Part shown: piece by piece, positions 33,217 to 42,835 of the stretch
How the letters are laid out: the number at the start of each line of letters is the position of its first letter
Position numbering within the stretch: the stretch's first letter is position 1
Assembly (NCBI GenBank): GCA_963796965.1
Contig: CAWCNS010000004.1
Location: 896,001 to 960,000 of the forward strand
Length of the DNA: 64,000 nt
Source of the DNA: Calditrichia bacterium
Lineage (GTDB): Bacteria > Calditrichota > Calditrichia > JAJRVZ01
Reading direction: 5' to 3'
Notes under the pieces: model-generated
Seen by the model: only the letters and a program-made list of their open reading frames with translations
Told to the model about the DNA's origin: nothing
The model's database searches: none
Program-made: the position numbers and the translations under genes

Positions 33217-34671
33217 GTGAAAATTATTATATTAATTCTTGTGATTATGGCGACTGCCACTGCTCAGGTCTATAAACCAAGCGGGTATCGTTTAACATCT
33301 GAGGGCGAAGGAACCGTAAACCGGCAATTGGGTAACGCTATGGTTGATATGGTGTCAAAAGATTCACTACTCTGGGCAGGTTCAGGATATGGGCTGAATA
33401 GAACAACGGATGCCGGGCAAACATGGACGGCATTTACTTCAAGAGATTACCTGGGAAAAGGTGGGGTTACGGCCCTGAGCTTTATGGATGATTCCACATT
33501 CTGGATTGCAACAGGGTATGATACAACCGTTGCCGATGGTGGGAATCATGATGCCGGCGGGGGGTTGAGTTACACGAAAGATAATGGTATAACATGGACA
33601 CATATCCGGCAACCCATTGACTCCAGGGATGAAACGGAATATAGTCCTACTACGACTGTAATTCAAAATATTACATTTGATATTGCCGTCCAGGACTCGA
33701 CAATTTGGATTACCAGTTGGGGTGGCGGATTGAGGAAATCCACCGATATGGGCCAAAACTGGCAGGTTGTAACCACCGATGGGATACCATTTTCATCATT
33801 AGAATACCTTAATCATCGTGCATTCTCAGTGATGTCTGAAAATGGCAACGTGTGGGTTGGGACAGCTGAGGGTATAAGCAAAAGTAAGGATAATGGTAAA
33901 ACCTGGCGTCGGTTTAAACATGATAATCAGGAACTACCAATCTCCGGAAACTTTGTCGTCGCCCTTGCGCATCAGCCCCATACAAACACCATATGGGCTG
34001 CTACTATTGAAACCGACACTTCCGATCGTCGTGGTGTAAGTAAGTCTGACAATGGGGGCGAATCATGGGAGACGATGCTTGAAGGACGATTTACTCATAA
34101 TTTCGCCTTTGATGGACCTTTTGTATATGTGGCTACGGATTCCGGAATGTATGTTTCAAACGATGGTGGTGATAATTGGTATATCCTGCCTCGTATTTAC
34201 GATTTTCAGACAGGCGAGGATCTTATCGGGGATGAATATTTTTCAGCAGCAAATACCAAGGAAGGAGCGGTAACCCGTCTCTGGGTTGGGAACACGGACG
34301 GACTTGCCTCTACAACGGATAAGGGTATTAATTGGAAAATTCACCGCTCATTTAAATCTACCAGGGATAGTGATACCCCGGTAGCCTATGCTTACCCGAG
34401 TCCATTTTCTCCATCCCGACATGATTATATTCGTTTTCAGTATGATATTAGTCAAAGTGGCGAAGTGGTAATCGATATCTATGATTTTGCCATGGATCAT
34501 GTTGCAACAGTTCGGGAATATGAATCAGATCCAGTAGATGAAACTTTTGATCGAAATTCAAAGTGGGATGGGAGAAATGTTGCTGGAAATGTTGTTGCCA
34601 GCGGGGTCTACTTCTTCAGGATTAATGTTGAAGGTAATATTACCTGGGGTAAACTAGTCGTTATTAATTGA
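33217..34671 (+). CDS. Asp-box (BNR) beta-propeller protein with C-terminal FlgD-Ig/T9SS-type tail (PorZ-like candidate)
   Basis: Signal peptide; repeated (S/T)xDxGxTW boxes; AYAYPSPFSP...WDGRNVAGNVVASGVYFFRI...GKLVVIN. Confidence 0.75.
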   Translation: MKIIILILVIMATATAQVYKPSGYRLTSEGEGTVNRQLGNAMVDMVSKDSLLWAGSGYGLNRTTDAGQTWTAFTSRDYLGKGGVTALSFMDDSTFWIATGYDTTVADGGNHDAGGGLSYTKDNGITWTHIRQPIDSRDETEYSPTTTVIQNITFDIAVQDSTIWITSWGGGLRKSTDMGQNWQVVTTDGIPFSSLEYLNHRAFSVMSENGNVWVGTAEGISKSKDNGKTWRRFKHDNQELPISGNFVVALAHQPHTNTIWAATIETDTSDRRGVSKSDNGGESWETMLEGRFTHNFAFDGPFVYVATDSGMYVSNDGGDNWYILPRIYDFQTGEDLIGDEYFSAANTKEGAVTRLWVGNTDGLASTTDKGINWKIHRSFKSTRDSDTPVAYAYPSPFSPSRHDYIRFQYDISQSGEVVIDIYDFAMDHVATVREYESDPVDETFDRNSKWDGRNVAGNVVASGVYFFRINVEGNITWGKLVVIN

Positions 34672-35612
34672 GGTCTGTCTTGAAAATAAAATTTAAACTG
34701 TTATTGTTTATATTGTTACCAATAATATCCTTTGCAAGTGAAAATGGCGGATATGCCGGTTCATACCTACGCATGGGATTAGGGGCCCGGTCAATTGCAA
34801 TGGGGAATACAGGAGTTGCATTTCCTACCACTGCTTACTCTGCCTTTTATAATCCCGCAGCATTTGGGTTAATCGAAGATCCTCTGGCAGGGTTATCTTA
34901 CAGCTTTTTGTCATTGGATCGTCATGCCGGATATATAAGCTTCTCTATGAAAGTACCTCCAGGAGCAGGTTTCTCAATTGGTTGGATAGAAAGTGGTGTG
35001 GGAGATCTCAATTCCTATAACTCAATTGGTGAGGAGACCGGAGAAATTAACCATTCTGCTAATGCGGTTTACTTTTCATTTGGCCGGCAATTTGGCAAGC
35101 GGTTATCTGTAGGTGTATCTGTTAAAGTTTTATTTGAATCTATTAATGATGGAACAGATGAATATGATTACAGTTCAAATGGCGTCGGATTTGATATTGG
35201 TGCCTTATATCTTGTCACGGATGATCTATGCGTTGGTGCACAAATTAAAGATATTAAATCAAAATTTAAAGCCAATACGGAAGAACTATTCGAGAGGGGT
35301 GGCACAACCATTGATGAATTTCCACTAACGGGTAAAATTGGCGCATATTATGTGACTCCTATAAAATGGCTTAAAGCAGCCTATGATTTTGAATGGAGTA
35401 ATAAAGGTCTAAAAAAGAATCATATTGGTGTGGAAGCTGTATATAGGGAAAACCTTGCTGTACGGTTGGGAGTTAATGGGAGCGATCCGGTGTTTGGTGC
35501 TGGCTTGGATTTTAAAATAATGTCAACGGTTTCCTACTTGGATTATGCATTTGTGCCATCAGTGATTGATGAAGGCGTTAGCCATATATTTTCATGGCAG
35601 GTCAAGTTTTAG
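34668..35612 (+). CDS. PorV/PorQ-family (FadL-like) outer membrane beta-barrel
   Basis: YLRMGLGARSIAMGNTGVA...AFYNPA, GFDIGALY, C-terminal SHIFSWQVKF. Confidence 0.85.
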   Translation: MRSVLKIKFKLLLFILLPIISFASENGGYAGSYLRMGLGARSIAMGNTGVAFPTTAYSAFYNPAAFGLIEDPLAGLSYSFLSLDRHAGYISFSMKVPPGAGFSIGWIESGVGDLNSYNSIGEETGEINHSANAVYFSFGRQFGKRLSVGVSVKVLFESINDGTDEYDYSSNGVGFDIGALYLVTDDLCVGAQIKDIKSKFKANTEELFERGGTTIDEFPLTGKIGAYYVTPIKWLKAAYDFEWSNKGLKKNHIGVEAVYRENLAVRLGVNGSDPVFGAGLDFKIMSTVSYLDYAFVPSVIDEGVSHIFSWQVKF

Positions 35613-35642
35613 TCAATGAATAAGTCGACCACCCTGCTTTTT

Positions 35643-35665
35643 ACCCTCCTTAAGTTAAGGAGGGT
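35643..35665. repeat. Perfect palindrome (REP-like)
   Basis: ACCCTCCTTAA-G-TTAAGGAGGGT. Confidence 0.7.
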
Positions 35666-35783
35666 GATGAAAAGGATAATCATTTTTAAGAGTAAAAATA
35701 AATATTTATCTGTTTAGTTGGTAATGAAGAGTGAACAAATTGTTGTGTGAAACAGGCATTAATTTTAACGAAAGATTTTAGAT

Positions 35784-36686
35784 ATGAAGCGTATACTTAT
35801 ACTCTTATTGGCATTTACACTATCAACAGCATTTGCTGATACCGGAGCAAAGGTTGGGTTGAGTTTTTTAAAGATCGGTGTGGATGCCCGGGCTGTGGCC
35901 ATGGGCGATGCCTATTCCTCGATTGCCTCAGATGCGTCTGCTGCTTACTGGAACCCGGCAGGATTAGCTGGGGCTAATTCCAATTCAGTATTATTTATGC
36001 ATAACTCCTGGCTTCAGGATATTAACCAGGAATTTGCTTCTATCCAATTCCTAAATGGGAAGCATAATCTGGCAGTCTCTCTTAATATGCTAAGCGTCAC
36101 AGGTATAGAGTTAAGGGGTGAAACGGCAAGTGACCTACCAGATGGTGAAACCGAATCTTTAAATACTTATGTTGGCTTGGCCTATGCGACCACCTTCCTC
36201 ACGGATTGGCAAGTGGGTGCTCAATTAAAATATCTCTATGAAAAATACTATTTTTATTCTTCTGATGGGATTGCATTTGATTTAGGTGTAAAAAAGGAAA
36301 ATATTTTACCAGGTCTTACCTGGGGAGCGGCGATTCAGAATATGGGTAAAATGTCAGTTTTGAAAAATGACGCAACCGCTTTACCCTTGTTGTTACGAAC
36401 GGGTGTGAATTACTTATTACCTTTAAATCTATTTGATTACCATCCTCTTTTAGCTGCGGATCTTGTGTATGTAAAAGATGATGCAACGCACTTTAACCTG
36501 GGATTTGAAACACGATTAGCCGGTCATGTTGATGTACGGTTCGGATATGTGCTTGGCTCTGAAAGTCATAGTTTTAGTGGTGGATTTGGTCTGTTATTTG
36601 GTGCATTTAATTTAGCCTATGCTTTTGTTCCTTTTAATTATGACCTGGGCAATTCCCATTTGTTTTCATTGATTGTGGAATTCTAA
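35784..36686 (+). CDS. PorV/PorQ-family outer membrane beta-barrel (second paralogue)
   Basis: FLKIGVDARAVAMGDAY...AAYWNPAGLA, AFDLG, LPLLLRTG, C-terminal SHLFSLIVEF. Confidence 0.88.
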   Translation: MKRILILLLAFTLSTAFADTGAKVGLSFLKIGVDARAVAMGDAYSSIASDASAAYWNPAGLAGANSNSVLFMHNSWLQDINQEFASIQFLNGKHNLAVSLNMLSVTGIELRGETASDLPDGETESLNTYVGLAYATTFLTDWQVGAQLKYLYEKYYFYSSDGIAFDLGVKKENILPGLTWGAAIQNMGKMSVLKNDATALPLLLRTGVNYLLPLNLFDYHPLLAADLVYVKDDATHFNLGFETRLAGHVDVRFGYVLGSESHSFSGGFGLLFGAFNLAYAFVPFNYDLGNSHLFSLIVEF

Positions 36687-36696
36687 AACATTTATC

Positions 36697-36724
36697 CACG
36701 AATTACACTAATTAGCACGGATTA
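36697..36724 (+). repeat. Degenerate 9-mer tandem repeat x3
   Basis: CACGAATTA CACTAATTA G CACGGATTA. Confidence 0.55.
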
Positions 36725-36829
36725 TATTTTAAGCAAACAATAATGGGTATCAGGTTTAAAACAAGAATAAAATTTAACAAAAATTTTCATGAAAAATCTC
36801 CATCTCTTCTTCATGAGAAGGGGCTCCTC

Positions 36830-36858
36830 AAATCCCTCTCTTATCAAGAGAGGGATTT
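36830..36858. repeat. Perfect palindrome (REP-like)
   Basis: AAATCCCTCTCTT-ATC-AAGAGAGGGATTT, preceded by a weaker one at 36804-36823. Confidence 0.7.
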
Positions 36859-36922
36859 TCCCGAAGGTAGGAGTAGGATATTCCGATTTTTTATCACTTT
36901 TATTTTAAAACTTTGAGTTATA

Positions 36923-37767
36923 ATGAATTCGATTGAAATAAAGGCAAATGCCAAGATCAACCTTGCACTAGCTGTTAAACATAAGCGAGATGACGGCTAT
37001 CATGAATTAGAATTAATATTTCAGGAAATCAATTTATCTGACCGTTTGGTTTTAGCAAAGAATGAAGCGATAACCTTCTCTACAGATTCACAGGACTTAA
37101 TGAGCGATTCGGATAATATTTGTATAAAGGCCGTGCAATTATTAAAACGAGAATTTAATATTCCTGGCCTGAAAATTTATCTGGAGAAAAAGATTCCGAT
37201 TGGTGGCGGATTAGGAGGAGGAAGTAGTGATGCAGCAGCAGTTTTAAAAGGGGCCAGGGAACTTTATGATTTACAAATAGATAATGACCAGCTTATTTCT
37301 CTTGCCTCAGAACTGGGTGCAGATGTTCCTTTTTTCATGTTGGGAAAAGCGGCTTATGGAACTGGTATTGGAGAACTACTCAATCCGATCACAATCTATA
37401 GCGATTATTACATCCTTCTGGTGATACCTGATATCAGGATTTCTACGGTTTGGGCATATAAAAACTTGAATTTAGCCTTGACAAGCAAAAATGGTGATTA
37501 TAAATTTAGAGGCTTTAGGTTTCAAGATTTGAAATTGTCAAATTTCCGGTCTGAATTTTTTAATGATTTTGAAAAATCGGTTTTTAAAACCCATCCGTTA
37601 CTAGGGAAATTAAAATCCAGGTTATACAGTGAGGGAGCTCATTCGCTGCTATGAGTGGCAGTGGATCTGTCTTGTTTGGATTATTCAACTCTGAGAAATC
37701 CTGTGTTTTGGCACTTGAATCGATGGGGCAGCACTATAACTGTGAAGTGGTAAAGCCGGTTTCGTGA
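36923..37767 (+). CDS. ispE: 4-diphosphocytidyl-2-C-methyl-D-erythritol kinase (frameshift near 37641)
   Basis: AKINLAL, DGYHEL, KKIPIGGGLGGGSSDAA, LGADVPFF, NDFE; the missing MSGSGS motif (FAAMSGSGSVLFGLF) is in the alternative frame, ending TGA at 37767. Confidence 0.93.
37478..37506 (+). promoter_or_regulatory. Putative sigma70 promoter inside ispE
   Basis: TTGACA-17 nt-TAAATT ~290 nt upstream of tRNA-Gln. Confidence 0.45.
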
Positions 37768-37798
37768 TATAAGTTAAATAAAAGAAATATACAAAGTT

Positions 37799-37870
37799 TG
37801 GGGCGTAGCCAAGTGGTAAGGCACCGGGTTTTGGTCCCGGCATGCGTAGGTTCGAATCCTGCCGCCCCAG
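37799..37870 (+). tRNA. tRNA-Gln(UUG)
   Basis: Acceptor TGGGGCG/CGCCCCA, D-loop AAGTGGTAA, anticodon arm CCGGG-TTTTGGT-CCCGG, GGTTCGAATCC T-arm; U1-A72; CCA not encoded. Confidence 0.97.
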
Positions 37871-37917
37871 CATAATTCTTAAAATATTCATGTTCGTTGT
37901 TGGAATAGGAGTAAAAA

Positions 37918-38578
37918 ATGTCTGACCCAGAATTAAATGCAGTTCTCAGGGAAGAAGCAGGAAAAGCAAATGCGGGCAGGCTCCGTAGGCAAGGTCTTGT
38001 TCCCTGCACCATATATGGAATTGAGAAAGAAAGTTCCTCTCTGGCCATAAATAAAAAAGAACTGGAAAAACTATTAGCAAATGCCCAGTCCGTAATAAAA
38101 ATCAATTATGATGGTGGCAGATCAAAAATCTGTAATAAAAGAGATCCAGTATCATCCTGTAAAAGGTGATATCATTCATGTGGATTTTATGCGAATTAAG
38201 GCTGGTCAGGAAATTCATGTAACAGTACCTCTGAAGTTCGTCGGTGAAGCGCCGGGCATAAAATTGGGCGGTGTGTTTCAGATGATTAAATCAGATCTGG
38301 ATATTTCTACTTTACCTAAATATATGCCGAATGAAATCGAAGTTGACATTTCCGAAATGGAAATTGGTGACACAATCCATATCAGTGATCTGAACCTGGA
38401 AAATATTACTATTATCCTTGAACCGGAGACGACCTTATGTTCCATCGCTATGCCGAAGAAGATTGAGGAGGTTGTGGAAGAAGCCGAAGAGGGTGAAGAA
38501 ATTGAAGGTGAAGAGGCAGAACCTGAAGTTATTTCTGCTAAGGCCAAGGATGAGGAAACTACCGAAAAAGAAGGGTAA
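37918..38578 (+). CDS. rplY: 50S ribosomal protein L25/Ctc (frameshift near 38116)
   Basis: GKANAGRLRRQGLVPCTIYG in the first ORF; IKEIQYHPVKGDIIHVDF and an acidic tail in the second. Confidence 0.93.
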
Positions 38579-38587
38579 TAAATTCTC

Positions 38588-39163
38588 GTGTATGCGCTTA
38601 TCGGCTTAGGTAATCCGGGAAAGCGTTATGAAAATACCCGTCATAATATTGGGTATTTAATTGTCGATCACTTTTCTGCTATTGATAATGTCCCCTTTAA
38701 AGCGGGTAAAGGGGATTATTATTATAAGCAAGTCCGGGTTGGTAACGAAACGGTTCTCATCTCAAAGCCTACAACTTATATGAATCAGAGTGGATTGGCT
38801 GTCCGGCAGATGGTGGACTATTTCAAAATTAATACGGAAGACCTGCTAGTCGTCTGTGATGATTTTAATCTGCCTTTTGGAGCTTTGCGTTATCGAACAC
38901 AAGGTAGCGATGGGGGGCATAATGGATTGAAATCAATCATTTATCACTTGCAAACTGAAGAATTTTGTCGCCTGCGTTTTGGTATCGGAGATCTTTTCAC
39001 AAGTGCAAAATCCTATGTTCTTGATAAGTTTAGTAAGAAAGAAATCCAAAGTTTGGACGATTTATTGCCAATAAGCTCCGAGTCAATTGAGAGTTGGCTG
39101 AATACTGGTATTGACAATACGATGAATAAATATAACAGAAATTTTTTAAATGAAAATGGATGA
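38588..39163 (+). CDS. pth: Peptidyl-tRNA hydrolase
   Basis: [47 protein letters not shown]. Confidence 0.97.
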   Translation: MYALIGLGNPGKRYENTRHNIGYLIVDHFSAIDNVPFKAGKGDYYYKQVRVGNETVLISKPTTYMNQSGLAVRQMVDYFKINTEDLLVVCDDFNLPFGALRYRTQGSDGGHNGLKSIIYHLQTEEFCRLRFGIGDLFTSAKSYVLDKFSKKEIQSLDDLLPISSESIESWLNTGIDNTMNKYNRNFLNENG

Positions 39164-41252
39164 TGGAGAGTAACATGGATGCTAATTTAATACTTGTTAT
39201 TGGTTCGGGCGTATTAGCGTTGATATATGCCTTTTGGAAATCTTCCTGGGTTAGCAAGCAAGATCCCGGAAATGAAAAGATGGTAGAAATCGGACTGGCA
39301 GTGCGTGAGGGTGCAATGGCCTTCTTGTCGAGGGAATACAAAATACTGTCCGTGTTTGTAATCGCTGTAGCAATATTGTTGTTTATTGGTAATTATTCAC
39401 AGGGAGCAGGCCTTGTTGCTGTCTCATTTATCGTAGGTGCTTTTTGTAGCGCCCTTGCCGGATACTTTGGTATGCGTGTCGCTACATTGGCAAATAACAG
39501 AACAACACAGGCTGCTCGTACCAGTTTAAATGATGCCTTGCTTGTGGCATTTAATGGTGGCTCGGTAATGGGTTTAAGTGTTGTTGGACTTGGTGTGTTA
39601 GGTTTGTCCATCCTTTTCTGGTTATATGGTGGAATGAATGAAGGTGCTGATCTGGTTTGGGTAATGAAATTATTGTCCGGGTTTGCTATGGGGGCTTCCT
39701 CAATTGCTTTATTCGCACGCGTTGGCGGTGGTATTTATACCAAGGCTGCTGATGTGGGTGCAGATTTGGTAGGTAAAGTAGAAGCGGGGATTCCTGAAGA
39801 TGATCCAAGAAATCCTGCCACAATTGCTGATAATGTCGGTGATAATGTTGGGGATGTCGCTGGTATGGGCGCTGATCTCTTTGAGTCCTATGTAGGATCC
39901 ATTATCGGCGCAATGGTATTGGCTGCTTCAGCTGGTGTAGGGAACCTTGTTATGTTGCCTTTGATATTAGCTGGCGCTGGTATACTTGTTTCGATTGTCG
40001 GTACATTTTTTGTCCGTACCAAAGAAGGGGGAAATCCTCAAACAGCATTAAATATTGGTGTGTTTGGTGCCGGAGGGATAATGCTGGTAGTTAGTTATTT
40101 CGTTATTGGTTATATAGTCCCCACGGATGTTATTCTTTCAGGCAAGTCAGTGGCTGCAACTGGATATTTTTTATTCCACTATTGCAGGCCTTTTGGCTGG
40201 CGTAATCATCGGTCTTTTAACTGAATATTACACCTCTGAAGCACGTAAACCATCCAGAGATATTGCTAAAGCCAGTGAGACAGGTGCCGCAACCAACATC
40301 ATTTCCGGGCTTGCCAATGGAATGTATTCTACGGGTTTCCCGGTACTCACGATTGCTCTGGCCATTATTGCTGCTTATCATTTCTCAGGACTCTACGGCA
40401 TTGCTATCGCCGCTTTGGGTATGCTCTCCACAACAGGTATTCAATTAGCTGTTGATGCATATGGACCTATTGCTGATAACGCCGGAGGATGTGCTGAGAT
40501 GGCCGAACTACCAGCGGAAGTCAGGGAACGTACAGATAAACTTGATGCTGTTGGAAATACGACGGCTGCTATTGGAAAAGGATTTGCTATTGGTTCTGCA
40601 GCCTTAACCGCATTAGCATTATTCTCCGCTTTTCGTGAGACGGTTGCTTCTTCACTTGGTATTGAACAATTAAGTCTTGATATAAGCAATCCCTGGGTTA
40701 TGGCCGGTTTATTAATCGGTGGTGCGCTGCCCTTTGTATTTTCATCATTTCGCGATGAAAGCAGTAGGAGAGGCGGCCTTTGATATGATTGAAGAGGTTC
40801 GCAGACAATTCAGGGAAATTAAGGGATTACTTGAGGGAACAGCAAAAGCGGATCATGCCCGTTGTGTGGATATTGCCACCAGGGCAGCCATTAAAAAAAT
40901 GATTGCCCCGGGATTGCTGGCTGTTCTTACACCGGTGTTTTTTGGATTATTCCTGCAATTATTTGGATTTGAACGAATTATGGCGGCAGAAATGCTGGGT
41001 GGCGTTTTGGCCGGCGTTACGGTTACAGGAGTCCTGATGGCAATTTTTATGGCAAATGCAGGTGGTTCTTGGGATAATGCAAAAAAATATATTGAGAGTG
41101 GCGCACATGGTGGTAAGGGCTCAGATGCTCACAAAGCCGCTGTTGTAGGTGATACGGTTGGTGATCCTTTTAAAGATACAGCCGGTCCGTCATTAAATAT
41201 ATTAATAAAATTAATGTCAGTTGTGGCGCTGGTTATCGCACCGATGATATAA
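39160..41252 (+). CDS. hppA: K+-dependent membrane pyrophosphatase, probably Na+-translocating (frameshifts near 40170 and 40752)
   Basis: [85 protein letters not shown] spread over three ORFs. Confidence 0.93.
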
Positions 41253-41256
41253 AAAA

Positions 41257-41386
41257 ATACTGGATACTCGATTCCCGATATGGATTTGTGATAGGCGATA
41301 TAGGATATGGGATTCGAAAGACGTGTCTGGAATTTGAAATTGGAGAATTTTACAAAGGCATTTGACATACTCTTTTAAGAGATACA
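41257..41386 (+). repeat. Heptamer-armed intergenic element, copy 3 (left arm and core)
   Basis: ATACTGG ATACTCG ATTCCCG ... ATATAGG ATATGGG; AAAGACGTGTC (41317-41327); TTTGACA-N13-GATACAAAT. Confidence 0.6.
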
Positions 41387-41430
41387 AATATTCAATATTC
41401 AATATTCAATATTCAATATTCAATATTCAA
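41387..41430 (+). repeat. Perfect heptamer microsatellite (AATATTC)6
   Basis: Six exact copies plus AA. Confidence 0.95.
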
Positions 41431-41463
41431 GTAACAAGTAAATAATAATTAATTAATGAAGGA

Positions 41464-41520
41464 CCATCCTTTCCCGTATCGTGAAATAAAAGAATGCGGG
41501 AGCATAAGACCGAAGGAGGA
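41464..41520 (+). ncRNA. S6:S18 ribosomal protein leader (cis-regulatory RNA)
   Basis: Anti-SD TCCTT, inner hairpin TCCCGTAT/ATGCGGGA, unpaired CCG directly before the SD AAGGAGGA, upstream of rpsF. Confidence 0.75.
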
Positions 41521-41527
41521 TATTTTT

Positions 41528-42007
41528 ATGGGGATGTACGAAACAATATTTATACTGGACAGTTTGCTTGTGCCAGAGGAGATTGATAAAATCATCGAAA
41601 ATATTAAACAGATGATTGATTCCAATGGTGGTAAAGTGCTTACTGTTGATAAGTGGGGGAAGCGAAGATTGGCTTATGAAATCCAGAAGAAACAATATGG
41701 GTTTTATGTTGCTATCGAGTTTGAAGGTGAAGGACCTATTCCAAATGCTCTGGAACATGAGTATAATTTTAATGATAAAATTCTCAGATATCTTACTTAC
41801 AGATACACAAAGAATAAGATGAAAGCCAGGGAAAAAGAGACTGAGAGTAAAAAGTCTGAATCAACAAACCTGGATATTCAAGAACCTAAAATTGCGCCTG
41901 AATCTGCACCAGCCCCTGAACCTAAGACTGAGATTGAGACTGAGGAAAAGGAACCGGTCGAGAATGCAGATGCGAAACCGGTAGATGAGGAGGTGAAAAA
42001 TGCCTAG
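41528..42007 (+). CDS. rpsF: 30S ribosomal protein S6 with acidic C-terminal extension
   Basis: [29 protein letters not shown] 41528 follows AAGGAGGA. Confidence 0.95.
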   Translation: MGMYETIFILDSLLVPEEIDKIIENIKQMIDSNGGKVLTVDKWGKRRLAYEIQKKQYGFYVAIEFEGEGPIPNALEHEYNFNDKILRYLTYRYTKNKMKAREKETESKKSESTNLDIQEPKIAPESAPAPEPKTEIETEEKEPVENADAKPVDEEVKNA

Positions 42008-42278
42008 AATTCAGCAAAAACCACGTAGAGAAGTCAATAATTTTAAACCTCGGAAAAAACGGGTTTGTCGCCATTGTACAGATAAACAAACATGCCGGGA
42101 TTTATACATCGATTTTAAAGACACGAAAATGTTGAGCCGCTTTCTTACCGAACAGGGTAAAATGATACCGAGAAGAACATCCGGTAACTGCGCCAGAAGC
42201 CAAAGACAATTGGCAATGGCGATAAAAAGAGCGCGACATCTGGCTTTGTTGGCATATGTTGCTGATATCCCACGGTAG
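42000..42278 (+). CDS. rpsR: 30S ribosomal protein S18
   Basis: [52 protein letters not shown]. Confidence 0.97.
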   Translation: MPRIQQKPRREVNNFKPRKKRVCRHCTDKQTCRDLYIDFKDTKMLSRFLTEQGKMIPRRTSGNCARSQRQLAMAIKRARHLALLAYVADIPR

Positions 42279-42302
42279 TCAAGAAAAGAAAGGGTGAATG
42301 AT

Positions 42303-42746
42303 ATGAAATTAGTATTACGTCAAGATTATGAACCGTTGGGTGAATCAGGTACCGTAATCAATGTTAAGCCAGGATTTGCGCGAAATTTTTTGATTCCTAA
42401 AGGTTTGGCAATGCCAGCAACGGAAAAAAATCTTAAACGATATGAAAATGACAAGAAACAAATGTTCTGGCGTCAGGAAAAAGAAAAGCGTCAGTCTGAA
42501 GAACTTGCAAAAACACTGGAAAATGTCTCATGTACGATAACCGTTCAGGTCGGTGAGGAAGATAAAATGTTTGGCTCTGTTACCTCACAGAATATTGCCG
42601 AGGCATTGGACTCACAGGGATATAAGATCGACAAAAGAAAGATTGTCTTAGAAGAGCCAATCAAATCCCTGGGTATTTATTCGGTACCAATTAAACTTCA
42701 TACGGATGTTGAGGCCAAAGTTAAAGTCTGGGTCGTTAAAGAATAG
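42303..42746 (+). CDS. rplI: 50S ribosomal protein L9
   Basis: MKLVLRQD, VKPGFARNFLIPKG, KMFGSVT, PIKSLG. Confidence 0.97.
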   Translation: MKLVLRQDYEPLGESGTVINVKPGFARNFLIPKGLAMPATEKNLKRYENDKKQMFWRQEKEKRQSEELAKTLENVSCTITVQVGEEDKMFGSVTSQNIAEALDSQGYKIDKRKIVLEEPIKSLGIYSVPIKLHTDVEAKVKVWVVKE

Positions 42747-42760
42747 ACAGTATTTACCTT

Positions 42761-42790
42761 AAGGCGGTTTAAAAACCGCCTTTTTATTTT
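42761..42790 (+). terminator. Rho-independent terminator
   Basis: AAGGCGGTTT-AA-AAACCGCCTT followed by a T run. Confidence 0.85.
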
Positions 42791-42835
42791 TATCAAGCCG
42801 GTTAGATATTATCCATTGGAGAATCAAGCCTACCA

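Noticed and set aside
33217..34671. Sialidase or xyloglucanase call for the Asp-box protein
   Set aside because: Asp-boxes are structural; no FRIP/Arg-triad or other catalytic signature recognised; context favours a T9SS accessory role
37799..37870. tRNA as an integration site for a prophage or island
   Set aside because: No integrase and no duplicated tRNA 3' end seen; flanked by housekeeping genes
37685..38105. Minus-strand ORFs of 68 and 123 aa
   Set aside because: Antisense shadows of tRNA-Gln and rplY
41456..41527. N-terminal extension of RpsF in the ORF track
   Set aside because: The region is the S6:S18 leader; the strong SD AAGGAGGA points to ATG 41528
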